A stretch of DNA of 64,000 bases from an uncultured Actinomycetota bacterium (GTDB lineage: Bacteria; Actinomycetota; Actinomycetes; JAHEKZ01), in the NCBI GenBank assembly GCA_963718235.1, contig CAVQYR010000001.1, positions 544,001-608,000 of the forward strand, given 5' to 3'. This document shows positions 49,279 to 59,060 of the stretch, piece after piece; position 1 is the first letter of the stretch, and each line of letters begins with the position of its first letter. The position numbers and the translations under genes were made by a program. A model generated the notes under the pieces. The model saw nothing but the letters and a program-made list of their open reading frames with translations, was not told where the DNA came from and made no database searches.

Positions 49279-50172
49279 TCAGGTCGCGGCGTCGCGTCGA
49301 CGTTGGTCGGCCACGACGCCCCCGACCACACCCGCTGCCACACCGACTGCCAGCGCGGTCGGGAGCCCGATCTTGGCCACCTTGCGCCCGGTCCGGTAGT
49401 CGTAGACCTTCCAGTCCATGGCCTTGGCATGGCGTCGAAGCGCGGTGTCCGGGTTGATCGCCGTGGGGTGGCCGACCATGGCCAGCATGGGGATGTCGTT
49501 GGCCGAGTCGGAGTACGCCGAGCACCGCTGGAGGTCGAGCCCCTCACGATCGGCCAGGGCACGGACCGCCTCGGCCTTGGCCGGGCCGTGCAGCGGTGCC
49601 CCGCGCAGACGCCCGGTGTAGACGCCGTCGTCGACCTCGGAGACGGTGGCCAGGGCCCCGGTGAGCCCGAGTCGCTCAGCGATGATCGACGCCATCTCGA
49701 TCGGCGCTGCCGACACGAGCCACACCCGATGACCTGCCTTGAGGTGCTGTGCCGCCAGGGCCACGGTGCCGGCGTACAGCCGGTCGGCGATCCGCTCGTC
49801 GAAGATCTCCTCGGTGAGGGCGTTGATCTCGTCGACGGTGTGGCCGGCGACGAACGACAACGCGGAGTCGACCGCCGATGCCATGTCCTCGAGGTCCTCC
49901 CGGCCGGCCACCCGGAACTTCACCTGCTTCCAGGCGAAGTCGCGCACGTCGCTCATCGTGAAGAACTTGCGCTGAGCGAGTCCCATCGCGAGGTGGAAGA
50001 CCGACGCTCCGCGCACGATCGTGTTGTCGATGTCGAAGAAGGCCGCCACGGTGGGGTCGAGGTCAGTGTCGGTGTCGGTGTCGGCGAATGAGCGGTCGAC
50101 CCGGGCCCGTGCGGCCGCGGCCTCGCCGGCGACCACGGCGGGCGCGCGCCGAGACGAGCGACGGACAGGCAT
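49279..50172 (-). CDS. HAD-IB hydrolase (SerB1-like)
   Basis: AAFFDIDNT, AYSDSANDIPML, AINPD. Confidence 0.9.
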   Translation of the reverse strand: MPVRRSSRRAPAVVAGEAAAARARVDRSFADTDTDTDLDPTVAAFFDIDNTIVRGASVFHLAMGLAQRKFFTMSDVRDFAWKQVKFRVAGREDLEDMASAVDSALSFVAGHTVDEINALTEEIFDERIADRLYAGTVALAAQHLKAGHRVWLVSAAPIEMASIIAERLGLTGALATVSEVDDGVYTGRLRGAPLHGPAKAEAVRALADREGLDLQRCSAYSDSANDIPMLAMVGHPTAINPDTALRRHAKAMDWKVYDYRTGRKVAKIGLPTALAVGVAAGVVGGVVADQRRRDAAT

Positions 50173-50197
50173 GCCTTCAGGCTACGGGTCCCAACGG

Positions 50198-50899
50198 TCA
50201 GCGGCCGACCGTGGACATCACGGTGGCGAAGTCGACTGCCGAGCGCAGCGGGTCTGAGCGCTTGCCCGATCGAACCGCCTTGCGGGCCTGGGCGATCTTG
50301 CCCCGCAGCACGTCCTCGGGCGACGGAGGTGGCGGCGCCGTCCAGGTCGAGGCACTGCTGGGTGCGGAGCCACCCACGGCCGGGCCGGAGCCGCTGCCCG
50401 AGACCGTCGGTGCGGCGCCGCTGGGTGCCCGGAAGACCTGGGAGACCCAGAGGCTGCCGTCCTTGCCGACCGCGGTGCCGATGCCGAACTGGGTGAAGAC
50501 CGGGTCCAGGATGTTCGCGCGGTGCTCGGGGCTGGCCATGAAGGCGTCCTCGATCGAGCGCCAGTCGCCGCCGACCCCGACGTTCTCGGCCACGACCTGC
50601 CAGCCGGAGACGTCGGCACCGAGCGTCGGGTTGTGGAACAGCTCGTCGGCGTCTGCGCATCGCTGGGCCTGTGCCCGGGCCACCGCCGACAGGTCCGCCT
50701 GCAGGGACATGGCCGCCACCCCATGGCCCGACCGGGCGGCGTTGACCGCGGAGGCGAAGCTGCCCTCGTCGGGACCGGCGAAGGCGACACCCGCCGAGAG
50801 CACTCCCCAGGCGAGGGCCAGCACCAGGGTCGCCAGGAGGGACCGCGTGACCGGCCTCCCTGCCGACGCGGCGCTCCGACCTGCTGGGTGCTCACCCAC
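50198..50899 (-). CDS. Secreted CAP/SCP-domain protein
   Basis: Signal-like segment, VNAARS, LFHNP, AENVG, FMASPEHRANIL, GIG; GTG 50899 with AGGAGGAG RBS. Confidence 0.82.
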   Translation of the reverse strand: MGEHPAGRSAASAGRPVTRSLLATLVLALAWGVLSAGVAFAGPDEGSFASAVNAARSGHGVAAMSLQADLSAVARAQAQRCADADELFHNPTLGADVSGWQVVAENVGVGGDWRSIEDAFMASPEHRANILDPVFTQFGIGTAVGKDGSLWVSQVFRAPSGAAPTVSGSGSGPAVGGSAPSSASTWTAPPPPSPEDVLRGKIAQARKAVRSGKRSDPLRSAVDFATVMSTVGR

Positions 50900-50928
50900 G
50901 GCGACTCCTCCTGGGACGGTCGCTCCAT

Positions 50929-50964
50929 CGACTCGGGCTGCGACTCGGGCTGCGACTCGGGGTG
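50929..50964. repeat. 3 x 12-bp tandem repeat CGACTCGGG(C/G)TG
   Basis: Units at 50929, 50941 and 50953 in the intergenic region. Confidence 0.85.
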
Positions 50965-51059
50965 CGACCCGTACGGGTCCTCCCAGGAGGTGTCGGGGCC
51001 TGAGGTCAGGACTTGAGCCCCGGGTGGGGCCGGGCGCGCTGTGCGAGACTCTCCGGACC

Positions 51060-52601
51060 GTGAGTACCAACCTCGCCGACTACCTGCGCCGGGCCTCTGC
51101 AGCGCGGGGCTCGCACCCGGCGCTGGTCGTCGGCGCGACCCGGCTGACCTGGCGTGAGCTGGACGACGCCGTCGACGCTGCTGCGTCCGGAATGCGGGCA
51201 TCAGGTCTGGACCCCGGGGACCGGGTCGGGCTCGTGCTGGGCAACCGCCCGGAGTTCGTCATCGCCTACTTCGCCGCGCTGCGGGCCGGCCTGGTCGCCG
51301 TCCCCCTCAACCCCGGCTTCACCGCGAGCGAGATCGCCACCTGCCTGGGCCACGCGGGCGTACGGATGGTGGTCGCCGACGGCGACAGCGTCGACGCCGT
51401 CCGCTCGGCCGGGCTGCCCGAGGCGGTGATCGTCGTCGCCGGGCGGCAGCGGACCGCCGAGGGTCCGTCCGAGGGTGGCATCCGCCGGTTCGACGACCTG
51501 CTCGCGGCGGGGCGGGCCACCGGAGTCCGGTCAGCGGACCCAGCGGTCGTCGGCGAACGGCTCGCGGTGATCCTGTACACCTCCGGTACCTCGGGGGAGC
51601 CGCGCGGGGCGATGCTCACCCACGATGCGCTCGCGGCCAGCATCGAGCAGGTGGCCGCCGTACAGGTCGACGGTCAGTCGTTGATGACCCCCGAGGACGT
51701 CGTGCTCGTCGTGCTGCCGCTGGCCCACGTGTACTCGCTGAACGGCACGCTCGGGAGCCTGGTCCGCCAGGGTGCCACTGCGGTGCTCGTGGAACGGTTC
51801 GACGCCGACGCGACGCTGCGCCTCGTGCACGAGCACGGGGTCACCCAGATCCCCGGCGCCCCGCCCTTGTGGATGAGCTGGGCGGACCGGGCCGACCTGC
51901 GCGAGCGGCTGGCCGGAGTCCGGGTGCTGTTCAGCGGCGCCGCCCCGCTGCCGGCCTCGGTGCTCGAGCAGATCACCACGACGACCGGGCTGCCCGTCTA
52001 CGAGGGGTACGGCCTGACCGAGGCCGCGCCGGGCGTGACCTCGACCTTCGTGTCCGGGCAGCCCAAGGCTGGGTCGGTCGGGCAGCCGTTCCCGGGGGTC
52101 GAGGTCCGGTTGGTCGACGACAACGGGGGCCTGGCCCTGCCCGGCGACCCGGGCGAGATCTGGATCCGTGGGGCGAACCTGTTCTCGGGTTACTGGCCCG
52201 ACGGTTCCGACGGTCCGGACCCCGACGGCTGGTACGCCACCGGAGACGTCGCCTACGCCGACCCAGACGGCGACCTTCATCTGGTCGACCGGCGCAAGGA
52301 CCTCGTCATCGTCAGCGGGTTCAACGTGTACCCCCGCGAGATCGAGGACGTGCTGCAGCAGCACCCCGACGTCGCCGAGGCCGCGGTGGTCGGGGTTCCC
52401 CATCCGCAGACCGGTGAGGCCGTCAAGGCCTACGTCGTCGCCCGAGCCGGGGCGACACTGACGCCGGAGTCGGTCCAGGCGCACTGCGACTCGCGCCTGG
52501 CCAGGTTCAAACGGCCGACGATCGTGGTGGTGGTCGACGAGCTCCCGCACTCGGTCACCGGCAAGGTGGCCAAGCGACGGCTGCGGGACGAGGGGCTATG
52601 A
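51060..52601 (+). CDS. Long-chain acyl-CoA ligase (AMP-binding)
   Basis: YTSGTSGEPRG, EGYGLTE, TGD, GFNVYP, TGKV. Confidence 0.92.
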   Translation: MSTNLADYLRRASAARGSHPALVVGATRLTWRELDDAVDAAASGMRASGLDPGDRVGLVLGNRPEFVIAYFAALRAGLVAVPLNPGFTASEIATCLGHAGVRMVVADGDSVDAVRSAGLPEAVIVVAGRQRTAEGPSEGGIRRFDDLLAAGRATGVRSADPAVVGERLAVILYTSGTSGEPRGAMLTHDALAASIEQVAAVQVDGQSLMTPEDVVLVVLPLAHVYSLNGTLGSLVRQGATAVLVERFDADATLRLVHEHGVTQIPGAPPLWMSWADRADLRERLAGVRVLFSGAAPLPASVLEQITTTTGLPVYEGYGLTEAAPGVTSTFVSGQPKAGSVGQPFPGVEVRLVDDNGGLALPGDPGEIWIRGANLFSGYWPDGSDGPDPDGWYATGDVAYADPDGDLHLVDRRKDLVIVSGFNVYPREIEDVLQQHPDVAEAAVVGVPHPQTGEAVKAYVVARAGATLTPESVQAHCDSRLARFKRPTIVVVVDELPHSVTGKVAKRRLRDEGL

Positions 52602-52840
52602 CCGACCACCGGATCACGCTTCTGGGCAAGCCTGGCTGTCATCTGTGCGATGACGCCCGGCTGGTCGTGACGCGGGTCGCCGACGAGCTCGGTGTGCCCT
52701 GGGACGACGTCGACATCACCAGCGACCCGGAGCTGCAGGCCCGGTGGTGGGAGCAGATCCCGGTCACGCTGATCGACGGCGTGCAGCACGACTTCTGGCG
52801 TGTCGACGAGCAGCGGCTGCGCGCAGCGCTGGCACGCTAG
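52598..52840 (+). CDS. Glutaredoxin-like protein (DUF836)
   Basis: KPGCHLCD, IPV, HDFWRV. Confidence 0.88.
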   Translation: MTDHRITLLGKPGCHLCDDARLVVTRVADELGVPWDDVDITSDPELQARWWEQIPVTLIDGVQHDFWRVDEQRLRAALAR

Positions 52841-52903
52841 GACCTCAGACGAGCACGTGCCCACGGCGCACACAGGCGTGCAGGACGAGGCGGAGGTCGG
52901 GGC

Positions 52904-53273
52904 ATGGGGTTCGGTGAAGCGGTCAGGTCGGGGTTCGCCAAGTACGCGACGTTCTCCGGTCGCGCCTCCCGGTCCGAGTACTGGTGGTGGTGGCTGTTCT
53001 CCGTGCTGGTGGTCGGCGCCGCCGTGGTCCTCATCGTGCTGGGCCGCAGCTCCGACGGCACCTCGGCGATCGGTGCCGTCGGTTGGGTCCTGTACGTCGT
53101 GGCGGTGATCGGCCTGATCGTGCCCTCGTTGGCGGTCCTCGTCCGTCGGTTGCACGACACGGGTCGTTCCGGTTGGTGGTACTTCATCAGCTCTCGTGCC
53201 CTGCATCGGGGGCATCTGGCTGCTCGTGCTGCTCGTGGGCGAGGGAACGGCGGGTCAGAACCAGTACGGGTGA
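52904..53273 (+). pseudogene. DUF805 membrane protein with one extra base near 53192
   Basis: FSGRASRSEYWW, VRRLHDTGRSGWW; C-terminus LVPCIGGIWLLVLLVGEGTAGQNQYG* is in the shifted frame. Confidence 0.8.
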
Positions 53274-53347
53274 CCCCGTGGGCCTGCGAGGCGCTCCCTT
53301 GAGCAGGTCCGGACATCGCGGCTGGTGGACGCCGCCCACGCGCGACT

Positions 53348-53365
53348 TTGTGCCTGCGTTCACAA
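53348..53365. promoter_or_regulatory. Rex operator (ROP)
   Basis: TTGTGCCTGCGTTCACAA versus consensus TTGTGAA-N4-TTCACAA, upstream of rex. Confidence 0.85.
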
Positions 53366-53502
53366 GCGCCTACCCTGGGCGCGCAGCCCGTTCCCCGACC
53401 GTCAGGTGCCACTCCGGTGGCCCCCCGGCAACAGGGGCCGGGCAAGCGCCGTAGCCCGCTCCCGGGGTCACCAGCCCCGGGGGCTGTCCCCAGGAGACGC
53501 AC

Positions 53503-54189
53503 GTGGCCCTCACCGCAGGCGACCGCCGCGGGCGCACCGGTGTCCCGGACGCCACCATCGCGCGGCTGCCGGTGTACCACCGGGTCCTGACCGGGCTGGC
53601 CGAGCGCGGCGTCGCCACCGTCTCCTCCGAGGAGCTGGCCGAGGCGGCGGGGGTCAACTCGGCCAAGCTGCGCAAGGACCTCAGCCTGCTTCGCACGCAC
53701 GGCACCCGCGGCGTCGGCTACGACGTCGGTCACCTGCTGGCCCAGATCGGTCGTGAGCTGGGGCTCAGCCAGGAGTGGCCGGTCGTCATCGTCGGCGTGG
53801 GCAACCTGGGTCACGCCCTGGCCAACTACGGTGGCTTCGCGCGTCGTGGGTTCCGGCTGGTGGGACTGCTCGACGCGGACCCGGCGCGCTACGGCGAGCT
53901 CGTGGCCGGGGTGACGGTTCGGCCGGTCACCGACCTTGCGGCGTTGGCGCACACCGAGCGGGTCGCGATCGGCGTCGTCGCCACTCCCGCTGTGGCCGCC
54001 CAGCAGGTCTGCGACGTCCTGGTGGCAGCGGGCGTGCGCAGCATCCTGAACTTCGCCCCCGCCGTGCTGTCGGTCCCCGACGGGGTCGACGTGCGTCAGG
54101 TCGACCTCGCCAGCGAGCTGCAGATCCTGGCGTACCACGAGCAGCGCAAGGCAGCGGCAGGCATCGTCGGGGCAGGGGTCAGCGCATGA
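53503..54189 (+). CDS. rex: Redox-sensing repressor Rex
   Basis: ATIARLPVY, VSSEELA, LRKDLS, GTRGVGY, GVGNLG, ILNFAP. Confidence 0.95.
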   Translation: MALTAGDRRGRTGVPDATIARLPVYHRVLTGLAERGVATVSSEELAEAAGVNSAKLRKDLSLLRTHGTRGVGYDVGHLLAQIGRELGLSQEWPVVIVGVGNLGHALANYGGFARRGFRLVGLLDADPARYGELVAGVTVRPVTDLAALAHTERVAIGVVATPAVAAQQVCDVLVAAGVRSILNFAPAVLSVPDGVDVRQVDLASELQILAYHEQRKAAAGIVGAGVSA

Positions 54190-55490
54190 GCCTCCTGGTG
54201 GTCGGGGTCTCGCACCGGACGGCGCCGGTCCCCGTGCTCGAGCGGGTGGCCCTCAGCGGAGACTCGCTCGACAAGCTGCTGCTCGACGTCGCGGGCTCGC
54301 CTGCTGTGGCTGAGGCGCTGGTGGTCTCCACCTGCAACCGGGTCGAGGTCTACGTCGAGGCCTCGAAGTTCCACCCGGCCGTCGACGCCGTCACCGACCA
54401 GCTGCTGCGTCACACCGGGGTGGCCGCCGACCAGCTCAAGGCCCATCTCTACGTGCACTACGAGGACCGTGCGGTCGCCCACCTGTTCGCGGTGACGGCC
54501 GGTCTCGACTCGATGGTGGTGGGCGAGGCTCAGATCCTCGGCCAGGTGCGCTCGGCACTGGGCACTGCCCAGCAGCGGGGCACAGCCGGCCGGGTGCTCA
54601 ACGACCTGGTCCAGAACGCGCTGCGGGTCGGCAAACGCGCCCACACCGAGACAGGAATCGACTCCGCCGGTGCCTCGCTCGTCGGCGTTGCCCTGCAGCT
54701 GGCCGACCATTCGCTGCAGGGGCTCGCCGGACGCCGTGGGCTGGTCGTGGGTGCCGGGGCGATGGCCTCGCTGGCCGCCACGTCACTGCACCGGGCCGGC
54801 GTCGAGGTCACGGTCGCGAACCGAACACCGGAGCGGGCGCAGCGGCTGGCCGACTCCCTGGGCGGTAGCACCGTCCCGCTCGACGACCTCGCCGGTGCGC
54901 TGCAGACGGTCGACCTGGCGGTGGCCTGCACCGGTTCTCTGGGGCACGTCCTCGGCCAGGCGCAGGTCGATTCGGCCCAGCAGGCGCGTCACTTCGAGTC
55001 GCTGGTGCTGCTCGACCTCGCGCTGCCCCGTGACATCGACCCTGGCGTGCTGGGCATCCATGGCGTGACCCTGATCGACCTCGAGGACCTCGGTGACCTG
55101 CTCAGGGATGCCTCCTACGAGCACGACGTCGAGGGTGTGCGCCGGATCGTCGCGCACGAGGTCGAGGGCTACCTCGACGCACGCCACTCGGATCGGGTCA
55201 CACCGACCGTCGTCGCGCTGCGCAGTCGTGCGTCGCAGATCGTCGAGGCCGAGCTGGCCCGGTTCGACACCCGTCAGGTCGACCTCGACGGCACTGCGCG
55301 CACCGACGTCGAGCAGCTGGTCAACCGGGTCGTCGACAAGCTGCTGCACGCGCCCACGGTGCGGGTGCGCGAACTCGCCGGCGAGCCCGACGGCGACGCC
55401 TACGCCGACGCGCTGCACCGGCTGTTCGACCTCGACCCCCGCGTGGTCGAGGCTGTGGCGACCCCTGACCCCGACGAGGGGGTTCGATGA
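54186..55490 (+). CDS. hemA: Glutamyl-tRNA reductase
   Basis: SHRTAP, STCNRVE, GLDSMVVGEAQILGQ, DLALPRDI. Confidence 0.96.
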   Translation: MSLLVVGVSHRTAPVPVLERVALSGDSLDKLLLDVAGSPAVAEALVVSTCNRVEVYVEASKFHPAVDAVTDQLLRHTGVAADQLKAHLYVHYEDRAVAHLFAVTAGLDSMVVGEAQILGQVRSALGTAQQRGTAGRVLNDLVQNALRVGKRAHTETGIDSAGASLVGVALQLADHSLQGLAGRRGLVVGAGAMASLAATSLHRAGVEVTVANRTPERAQRLADSLGGSTVPLDDLAGALQTVDLAVACTGSLGHVLGQAQVDSAQQARHFESLVLLDLALPRDIDPGVLGIHGVTLIDLEDLGDLLRDASYEHDVEGVRRIVAHEVEGYLDARHSDRVTPTVVALRSRASQIVEAELARFDTRQVDLDGTARTDVEQLVNRVVDKLLHAPTVRVRELAGEPDGDAYADALHRLFDLDPRVVEAVATPDPDEGVR

Positions 55491-56422
55491 GTACGCCGAT
55501 CCGGCTCGGGACCCGGCGCAGCGCCCTGGCGGCCGTCCAGTCGCAGCTGGTCGCCGACGCCCTCACCGCGGTGACCGCAAGGCCGGTCGAGCTGGTGTTC
55601 GTGACGACCTCGGGTGACAAGAGCACGGCCCCGCTGACCCAGATCGGCGGCACCGGGGTGTTCGTCGGGGCCCTGCGCGACGCCTTGCTGCGCGGTGAGG
55701 TCGACCTCGCCGTGCACTCGCTGAAGGACCTCCCCACGACACCGGCCGCGGGGCTACGCGTTGCGGCAGTCCCCGTGCGCGAGGACCCACGAGACGCCCT
55801 GGTCGCCCATGACCGGCTGGCCCTCGCCTCGCTCCCACCCGAGGCCAGGGTCGGCACCGGGTCGCCCCGACGGGCAGCCCAGCTGGCAGCGGCCCGCCCG
55901 GACCTCCAGGTGGTCGACGTCCGCGGCAACGTCGACACGAGGCTCGGTCTCGTCGGCGACGGCACGCTGGACGCCGTCGTGCTCGCCCTCGCCGGACTCC
56001 GGCGACTCGGTCGCGAGGACGCGGTGACCGAGGTGATCGAGCCCGACGTCATGCTCCCGGCACCGGGCCAGGGAGCCCTGGCCGTCGAGACGACCGACTC
56101 GGTCGACCCGGCCCTCCTGACTGCGCTGCTCAGACTCGACGACCCCGCCACGCGCGCGGCCGTCACTGCGGAGCGCGCCGTGCTGTCCGCCCTCGAGGCG
56201 GGCTGCTCGGCACCCGTCGGCGCCCTCGCGGTCGTCGACGAACCGGGGTTCCACACCCCGGAACTCACCCTGCAGGCGTTCGTCGGCTCCACCGACGGCC
56301 ACACCCAGCAACGCCTGTCCATCACGGCACCACTCGCCGACGCCGAAGCAGCGGGCCGCCAGCTCGCCGCCAGGCTGCTCGACGCAGGGGCTGCCGCCTT
56401 TCTAGGGGAACCTGCCCTGTGA
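55487..56422 (+). CDS. hemC: Hydroxymethylbilane synthase
   Basis: GTRRSALA, AVHSLKD, RGNVDTR, PAPGQGAL, AGCSAP. Confidence 0.96.
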   Translation: MSTPIRLGTRRSALAAVQSQLVADALTAVTARPVELVFVTTSGDKSTAPLTQIGGTGVFVGALRDALLRGEVDLAVHSLKDLPTTPAAGLRVAAVPVREDPRDALVAHDRLALASLPPEARVGTGSPRRAAQLAAARPDLQVVDVRGNVDTRLGLVGDGTLDAVVLALAGLRRLGREDAVTEVIEPDVMLPAPGQGALAVETTDSVDPALLTALLRLDDPATRAAVTAERAVLSALEAGCSAPVGALAVVDEPGFHTPELTLQAFVGSTDGHTQQRLSITAPLADAEAAGRQLAARLLDAGAAAFLGEPAL

Positions 56423-58029
56423 GCATCAAGAACACGAAGAAGAAGCCGCTCGGAACCGTCGCCTTCGTCGGTGCCGGGCCGGGCGACCCCGAGCTGCTGG
56501 CCGTCCGCGCGGTGCAGCTGCTGCGCGAGGCCGACGTGGTCGTCGTCGACCGTGACGCGTCCCGTGCCGCCGTCCAGGCGTATGCCGCGCCTGACGTCGA
56601 GGTGGTCGACGCGTCGTGCGGTGAGGACGGTCAGCCGTTGACCCAGGCGGCGCGGGCCAAGCTCGTGGTCGCTGCGGCGAAGCGTGTGGCGCACGTGGTG
56701 CGGCTGATGGACGGCGACCCGATCCTCTTCCACGGTTTCGCCGACGAGGCCCTCGCGTGCGAGAAGGCCGGTGTGGGCTTCGAGGTCGTGCCTGGGGCGT
56801 CGTCGGTCTCCGCGGTGCCGGCGTTCGCCGGGGTGCCGCTCACCACCGGCAAGTCGCGAGCCGTGCACATCGTCACCACGTCGGACAGCCACCCCCACTG
56901 GAGCGACCACGTCGCACCGACGACCACGGTGGTCGTCCTGGGCGGGGTCGAGCGGATCGCCGACGCTGCCGCTGGTCTGCAGGGGGCCGGCCGCGCTGCC
57001 GACACCCCCGTGGCGGTCACCTCGCACGGTTCGACCACGGCCCAGCGAACGGTCGTTTCGACGCTGGCCGACGTGGCGCGCGACGTGAAGACCGCCGCGT
57101 TGGACCAGCCGGTGCTCATGGTCGTGGGTGAGGGAGTCGGGCTGCGCGACCGGCTGTCGTGGTTCGAGAGCAAGCCGCTGTTCGGCTGGCGGGTGCTCGT
57201 GCCCCGAACCAAGGAGCAGGCGGGTTCGCTCAGCGAGCAGCTGCGCCGCTACGGCGCCGTGCCTGACGAGGTGCCGACGATCTCGGTCGAGCCACCGCGC
57301 ACGCCGCAGCAGATGGACCGCGCTCTGCACGGCCTCGTGTCGGGTCGGTTCCAGTGGATCGCGTTCACGTCCACCAACGCGGTCCGCGCCATCCGCGAGA
57401 AGTTCGAGGAGTACGGCCTCGATGCCCGGGCGTTCGCCGGGATCAAGGTGGCTGCAGTGGGCGAGCAGACCGCCGCCGCGCTGCAGGCCTTCGGGGTCAA
57501 GCCCGACCTGGTGCCCAGCGAGGAGCAGTCGGCTGCGGGGCTCCTGGCCGACTGGCCGGCCTACGACGACCTGTACGACCCGATCAACCGGGTGTTCCTG
57601 CCGCGGGCTGACATCGCGACGGAGACCCTCGTGGCCGGACTGGTCGAGCTGGGCTGGGAGGTCGAGGACGTCACCGCCTACCGCACCGTGCGAGCGGCGC
57701 CGCCGCCGGTGCAGACCCGTGAGGCGATCAAGTCGGGTGGTTTTGACGCCGTGCTGTTCACGTCGTCCTCGACCGTGCGCAACCTGATCGGTATCGCCGG
57801 CAAGCCGCACGCGTCCACGGTGGTCGCGGTGATCGGTCCGCAGACCGCCAAGACTGCCGAGGAGCACGGGCTGCGGGTCGATGTGCTCGCCGCGACCCCG
57901 TCGGTGTCGGTGCTCGCCGAGGCGCTGGCCGAGTTCGGCGCCTCGCAGCGGCTGGCCGCACTGGCCAACGGCGAGTCGGTCTGGCGGCCGTCCTTGCGCA
58001 AGCCGGCCACGCGGCGGAAGGCGAAGTAG
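56419..58029 (+). CDS. hemD: Fused uroporphyrinogen-III methyltransferase-like / uroporphyrinogen-III synthase
   Basis: GAGPGDP N-terminal domain; KPLFGWRVLVPR, FTSTNAV, FTSSSTVRN. Confidence 0.9.
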   Translation: MSIKNTKKKPLGTVAFVGAGPGDPELLAVRAVQLLREADVVVVDRDASRAAVQAYAAPDVEVVDASCGEDGQPLTQAARAKLVVAAAKRVAHVVRLMDGDPILFHGFADEALACEKAGVGFEVVPGASSVSAVPAFAGVPLTTGKSRAVHIVTTSDSHPHWSDHVAPTTTVVVLGGVERIADAAAGLQGAGRAADTPVAVTSHGSTTAQRTVVSTLADVARDVKTAALDQPVLMVVGEGVGLRDRLSWFESKPLFGWRVLVPRTKEQAGSLSEQLRRYGAVPDEVPTISVEPPRTPQQMDRALHGLVSGRFQWIAFTSTNAVRAIREKFEEYGLDARAFAGIKVAAVGEQTAAALQAFGVKPDLVPSEEQSAAGLLADWPAYDDLYDPINRVFLPRADIATETLVAGLVELGWEVEDVTAYRTVRAAPPPVQTREAIKSGGFDAVLFTSSSTVRNLIGIAGKPHASTVVAVIGPQTAKTAEEHGLRVDVLAATPSVSVLAEALAEFGASQRLAALANGESVWRPSLRKPATRRKAK

Positions 58030-58032
58030 GCC

Positions 58033-59025
58033 GTGTCCTTCCCGGTCGATCGGCCGCGGCGGTTGCGGCGGTCGCCCGCGATGAGGCGGCTGCTGGCCGA
58101 GACCACGGTCTCACCGGGCCAGCTCGTGCTGCCCGTGTTCGTCAAGGAGGGCTTGTCCGAGCCGGTGCCGGTGGCGTCGATGCCGGGTGTCGTCCAGCAC
58201 TCGATGGACTCCCTGCGCCTGGCCGTCGAAGGCGCGGCGAAGGCCGGGGTCGGCGGAGTCATGCTGTTCGGGATCCCCGCGACCAAGGACGCCTTGGGTT
58301 CCGGTGCGGATGCCGATCACGGAGTGGTGCAGCAGGCGCTGCGGTTGCTGCACGCCGACGTCGGCGACGAGCTGGTGCTCATGGCCGACCTGTGCCTGTG
58401 CGAGTACACCGACCACGGTCACTGCGGCCCGCTCACGTCGTCCGGCTCAGACGCGACGGTCGACAACGACGCCACGTTGGAGCGGTATGCGTCGGTCGCG
58501 GTGTCTCAGGCGCGAGCGGGGGCGGAGGTGATTGCGCCGAGCGGCATGATGGATGGCCAGGTCGCCGCGATCAGGGCCGGGCTGGACGCCGCGGGCTACG
58601 CCGACACCCCGGTGCTGGCGTACGCAGCCAAGTACGCCTCGGCGTTCTACGGCCCCTTCCGCGACGCGGCCGAGAGCACGCCGTCCTTCGGTGACCGGCG
58701 CAGCTACCAGATGGATCCCCGCAACAGTGACGAGGCGATGCGCGAGGTGTTCGCCGATCTCGAGCAGGGTGCCGACTGGGTGATGGTGAAACCGGCCGGG
58801 CCGTACCTCGACGTGATCGCCCGGGTGGCCGACGCGGTCGACGTCCCGGTGGCGGCCTACCAGGTGTCGGGGGAGTACGCGATGGTCGAGGCGGCGGCCG
58901 CCAACGGCTGGATCGACCGCGAGCGTGCGATCGAGGAGTCGCTGGTGGCGATCCGTCGCGCTGGCGCCCAGCAGATCATCACCTACTGGGCGGTGGACGC
59001 TGCTACGGCGATGAGCCGCCGTTGA
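58033..59025 (+). CDS. hemB: Porphobilinogen synthase (Zn-type)
   Basis: RPRRLR, CLCEYTDHGHCG, PSGMMDG, MVKP, YQVSGEY. Confidence 0.97.
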   Translation: MSFPVDRPRRLRRSPAMRRLLAETTVSPGQLVLPVFVKEGLSEPVPVASMPGVVQHSMDSLRLAVEGAAKAGVGGVMLFGIPATKDALGSGADADHGVVQQALRLLHADVGDELVLMADLCLCEYTDHGHCGPLTSSGSDATVDNDATLERYASVAVSQARAGAEVIAPSGMMDGQVAAIRAGLDAAGYADTPVLAYAAKYASAFYGPFRDAAESTPSFGDRRSYQMDPRNSDEAMREVFADLEQGADWVMVKPAGPYLDVIARVADAVDVPVAAYQVSGEYAMVEAAAANGWIDRERAIEESLVAIRRAGAQQIITYWAVDAATAMSRR

Positions 59026-59060
59026 GTTGCCGGAGCCGGACTTCGGCGTTCTGGGCGGCG

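Noticed and set aside
50929-50964. Tandem repeats here and at 24622-24658 as a CRISPR array
   Set aside because: The units are 12 bp, have no spacers, and there are no cas genes.
15345-57867. Long antisense or alternate-frame ORFs (e.g. 15345..17021, 23411..25723, 32444..34309, 55321..57867)
   Set aside because: They shadow well-supported genes, lack family motifs, and are expected from stop-codon scarcity at high GC.
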